Below, piece after piece: positions 29,202 through 32,000 of a DNA stretch of 32,000 nt. Source of the DNA: Bacillota bacterium. GTDB taxonomy: Bacteria; Bacillota; DTU025; MWDF01. The stretch covers positions 5,552-37,551 of the forward strand of contig JAKQNF010000036.1 of assembly GCA_029565935.1 (NCBI GenBank). Reading direction: 5' to 3'. The notes under the pieces were generated by a model that saw only the letters and a program-made list of their open reading frames with translations, had not been told where the DNA came from and made no database searches. The translations under genes were made by a program, and so were the position numbers. Within the stretch, counting starts at the first letter, position 1; every line of letters begins with the position of its first letter.

Positions 29202-29231
29202 TTGATAAAAACACGCAAATAGATGTATAAA
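29202..29231 (+). promoter_or_regulatory. Candidate sigma-A-type promoter for the SLH/OmpM-like gene
   Basis: TTGATA (29202-29207), 18-nt spacer, TATAAA (29226-29231). Predicted start near 29238. Confidence 0.6.
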
Positions 29232-29333
29232 AGAAGAAGGATTACTGGCTTAATTGAAGAAAAGATAAAGGAAGAACCCGTAAGAAGACCAAGCCCTAGG
29301 TAGTCATGGAATCAGAATGTCTAAAGAGGGCAT

Positions 29334-29386
29334 AAAACCTGACATCTTTGAAGGCAACAAGGTCACTTCAAAGGCTGGACGGTTTT
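29334..29386 (+). promoter_or_regulatory. Structured 5' leader element upstream of the SLH/OmpM-like gene
   Basis: Perfect 8-bp stem CTTTGAAG (29346-29353) / CTTCAAAG (29366-29373), enclosed by AAAACC (29334-29339) / GGTTTT (29381-29386). Function unknown. Confidence 0.4.
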
Positions 29387-29428
29387 AGGTTTGGCAGTTA
29401 TCAACAAAGCCAAGGGGGGTAAGAACAC

Positions 29429-32000
29429 ATGAAGAGAACCGTAGCCATGCTAATTGCGGTTCTGATTGCCATGGCGGTAGTGATGCCTGCGATGGCAAGC
29501 CCTTACCCGGACGTTTCGGATCTTCATTGGGCGTCCGAATCGGTAAGGACACTGACCGCACTGGGCATCTTGGAAGGCTACCCCGACGGGACCTTCAAAG
29601 GCCCGCAGCCTACCACCAGGTATGAGATTGCAGTCATGATAGCCAGGCTGCTTAAGTACTTGGATCAGCAGATCACCGCACGCGTAGCGGAAGTAGAGAA
29701 GAAGATACCTACTGCAGCCGAACCGGCTCCCGTTACCACCCCTACTCCCGTACCTACACCGGCGCCTGTGACCACGGTAGTCCAGGTCGAACCAGACCAG
29801 ACTATACTAGAGACCATAATCAGGGAGAAGATAGAAGCGCTGGTGGGTCCGAAGCTCGAGGACATCGACGAGAGGATAGCCGAGCTATATGCGATGATCC
29901 AAGACCTTAGGACCGAGTTCTCCCGCGAGATATCGATCCTTGGAGTGCGCGTCGATGCCCTCGACGAGCAGCTTAAGCAGCTAGCCGCCAAGGTCGCCAA
30001 GAACGAGGCGGACATAGCGGCGCTGAAACTCCAGCTCGATCCGGCAATCGCAAGGATAGCGGGCCTCGAGAAGAGGACCGATGCCATCGAGAAGGAGTTG
30101 GCGAACCTCAACGCAGGACTGACGAAGATCGCGACAGTACAGCCTGGGCAGCCGGCTCCGGTGGTAACGACCACACAGCCCGCGCCGATAATCACGACCG
30201 TACTGGAAGGCGCGACCCAGGCAGAGCTGGACGCCGTCAAGAAGATGGTCCTCACCCTTGAGAAGGACAAGGTCGACGTGCTCTCCTCGAAGCTGGGAGT
30301 GCTTGATTCGAAGGTATTGGCGCTCGAGTCGAAGCTCAACAACACCGATACGATGATCGGCATGCTCGAGCTCAGGACGAGCGAGATCGAGACCTGGGTG
30401 TCCAAGGTAGGAAAGGACGTCGAGGTCGTTTCCAAGCAGGCCGAACAGAACGCGACCGACATAATCGACCTGTACGAGCTGAACTACAAGAACGCCGACG
30501 ACATCAACGCCCTTAAGGCGGAGATGGCAGCCAAGTTCGCGGCGATAGAAGACACGATGAGCAAGCACGGCGACGTGCTCGCCGCAGAGACCGGCATCAA
30601 CAAGGAAGGCCTCGCCCTCCTTAGGCTGGACCTGCTACAGGCACAAGACGACATAGACGCGCTCAAGCCGCTGGTCGACCAGGTCAATTACCTGTACAGC
30701 TGCTGCGACGCGGTCAACGTCAAGCTAGAAGCGCTCGATGAGAAGGTCGCGATGCTCAACATGGACCTCGTAGCCCTCGAAAGCGAGAAGGTAGACAATG
30801 CCATGCTGAGGATAGAGCTTCTCGAGCCCCAGGTGGCCGACCTGTTGGAGAAATACGGGGCGCTGGCGGCACAGGTCCAGGGCAACTCCGATGACATCAA
30901 TGACCTGTACATCCAGCAGAACCACACTACCAACGTAATGAACAACCTCGTGGCGGCGGACGCGGCCATGAACGAAAGGGTATCCAAGCTCGAAGCCGAG
31001 AACAAGATAAAGGCGGACGAGCTGAGCGCAAAGGTCGCGGCCCTCGAAGCGGCGGCCAAGGACAGCGCCTCTGAAGCCCTCAGCCTCAAGAGCGGCCTGA
31101 TGGGACTTTCCGACACCCTGTCCAAGCTATGGGTCAACAAGTTCCTGCTCTCCGGGACGCTTCTCTTGGAGTTCAAGGACGTGGCGGTCCAGTACGGAAC
31201 CCCGTTCGTCGATCCGTTCGACAACTCTGACCCGCTAGATGCGATCACACCGACTAACAAGTACTACGCCAAGCTCTCGCTCACAGGCACGATCAAGCCC
31301 GAGCCCGGCGTGGAGATCAACGTCGGCATCAACGCGGATCTCGACACCTACGGCATAACCGATGCGAGCGCATACGTATACAGCGGCGACGTCGACATCA
31401 AGGTAACCGGGCCCAACGGCTCGGGCCAGCTGCTCGGCGGAGAGCTCACCAGGCCCAATTACATCGGCAAGTACGTGATGTCCGCGCTCAAGTTCAAGGA
31501 CACCAAGTACGAAGGCCTTGAGGGCTGGATGAAGTACACCCCCGAGCTCATGGACAACATGACGCTGGGCGCGTCGGCGATACTGGGCAAGCTCGGCTCC
31601 TCGACCGACTTCAACTATGTCTGGGGCCTCGCCGGCAACGCCAACTACGCCGATGTGGTAGACCTTACGCTCTACTACCTGGCGATAGACGACAGGCCGT
31701 TCTCCGGTGATAGCACCGTGACCTACAGCGAGAAGAACATAGGCGTCAACCTCGACCTCAAGCTGTCCGACACCTGGAAGGCCGGAGCATTCGCCAACGT
31801 GCTGCTCGCGACGGGCCTGCCGCTTCCCGAGAGCGCGGTAACCGCGTACATCGAGGGCAAGACGGGAGTCTGGAACACCAGCGTGAACTTCGAGCGTTTG
31901 GGCGCAAACTATGCACCGAAATTCGTAGAGTTCACAGATGACGATGATCCTGACATGATCGAGAACGACATAATGAACTTAGAAGTCAAGAACAGCATCG
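29429..32000 (+). CDS. SLH-domain, long coiled-coil, beta-rich (OmpM/porin-like) outer-membrane protein, truncated at the window edge
   Basis: Not in the ORF track because it runs off the end. ATG 29429 with RBS AAGGGGGG. Signal peptide MKRTVAMLIAVLIAMAVVMPAMA, SLH YPDVSDLHWASESVRTLTALGILEGYPDGTFKGPQPTTRYEIAVMIARLL, several hundred residues of coiled-coil, then KLWVNKFLLSGTLLLEFKD... and alternating beta segments. Confidence 0.88.
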   Translation, partial: MKRTVAMLIAVLIAMAVVMPAMASPYPDVSDLHWASESVRTLTALGILEGYPDGTFKGPQPTTRYEIAVMIARLLKYLDQQITARVAEVEKKIPTAAEPAPVTTPTPVPTPAPVTTVVQVEPDQTILETIIREKIEALVGPKLEDIDERIAELYAMIQDLRTEFSREISILGVRVDALDEQLKQLAAKVAKNEADIAALKLQLDPAIARIAGLEKRTDAIEKELANLNAGLTKIATVQPGQPAPVVTTTQPAPIITTVLEGATQAELDAVKKMVLTLEKDKVDVLSSKLGVLDSKVLALESKLNNTDTMIGMLELRTSEIETWVSKVGKDVEVVSKQAEQNATDIIDLYELNYKNADDINALKAEMAAKFAAIEDTMSKHGDVLAAETGINKEGLALLRLDLLQAQDDIDALKPLVDQVNYLYSCCDAVNVKLEALDEKVAMLNMDLVALESEKVDNAMLRIELLEPQVADLLEKYGALAAQVQGNSDDINDLYIQQNHTTNVMNNLVAADAAMNERVSKLEAENKIKADELSAKVAALEAAAKDSASEALSLKSGLMGLSDTLSKLWVNKFLLSGTLLLEFKDVAVQYGTPFVDPFDNSDPLDAITPTNKYYAKLSLTGTIKPEPGVEINVGINADLDTYGITDASAYVYSGDVDIKVTGPNGSGQLLGGELTRPNYIGKYVMSALKFKDTKYEGLEGWMKYTPELMDNMTLGASAILGKLGSSTDFNYVWGLAGNANYADVVDLTLYYLAIDDRPFSGDSTVTYSEKNIGVNLDLKLSDTWKAGAFANVLLATGLPLPESAVTAYIEGKTGVWNTSVNFERLGANYAPKFVEFTDDDDPDMIENDIMNLEVKNSI

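Noticed and set aside
29321-29428. Known c-di-GMP (GEMM) or other standard riboswitch upstream of the SLH gene
   Set aside because: The region has some CAAAGGC/GGACGG-like text, but I cannot find the conserved GEMM core or any other aptamer signature I know. I kept it only as an unclassified structured leader.
29665-31260. Minus-strand Ser/Thr-rich ORFs (29665-30462, 30688-31260) opposite the SLH gene
   Set aside because: Complement of coiled-coil coding sequence (Leu/Glu/Lys codons read as Ser/Phe/Leu). The + strand has a signal peptide, SLH domain and RBS, so these are artefacts.
1-32000. CRISPR array, tRNA/rRNA genes, transposase, prophage or defense island
   Set aside because: No regularly spaced direct repeats, tRNA-like cloverleaf, or mobile-element proteins were seen. 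The gene density and single-strand operon layout look like core chromosome.

Overview
High-GC bacterial window. Every supportable gene is on the + strand, mostly in tightly packed and often overlapping operons. Left part: 3' end of a PEGA-domain surface protein, asnS, and a giant secreted TPR / Ig-FN3-like / discoidin-like protein containing a 663-bp tandem duplication. Middle: a Bacillota-like housekeeping run of rlmI-like, rpmE, tdk, DUF1385, prfA, prmC, Sua5/YwlC, a fused RpiB-Upp ORF, dCMP deaminase, tagO/wecA-like, wecB/mnaA-like and murA. Right part: a diderm envelope block of S55-type secreted protein, BamA, OmpH/Skp, a single-ORF LptF/G-LptD fusion, LptC, LptA, LptB, DUF3084 protein, and an SLH/coiled-coil/beta-rich OmpM-like protein running off the right edge. 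The ORF track does not list that last gene. Best second-look items are: (1) one uninterrupted 1079-codon ORF joining an inner-membrane LptF/G permease to an outer-membrane LptD, with a signal-peptide-like segment and an in-frame ATG at the junction; (2) the RpiB-Upp fusion; (3) a long structured leader upstream of the SLH/OmpM-like gene; (4) inverted Ser/His motif order in the S55-like protein next to bamA. I see no CRISPR array, tRNA/rRNA, transposase, phage or defense system. The taxon is unresolved: a diderm lineage such as Synergistota or diderm Bacillota would fit, but this is inference only. All domain calls were made by reading motifs, with no database search.
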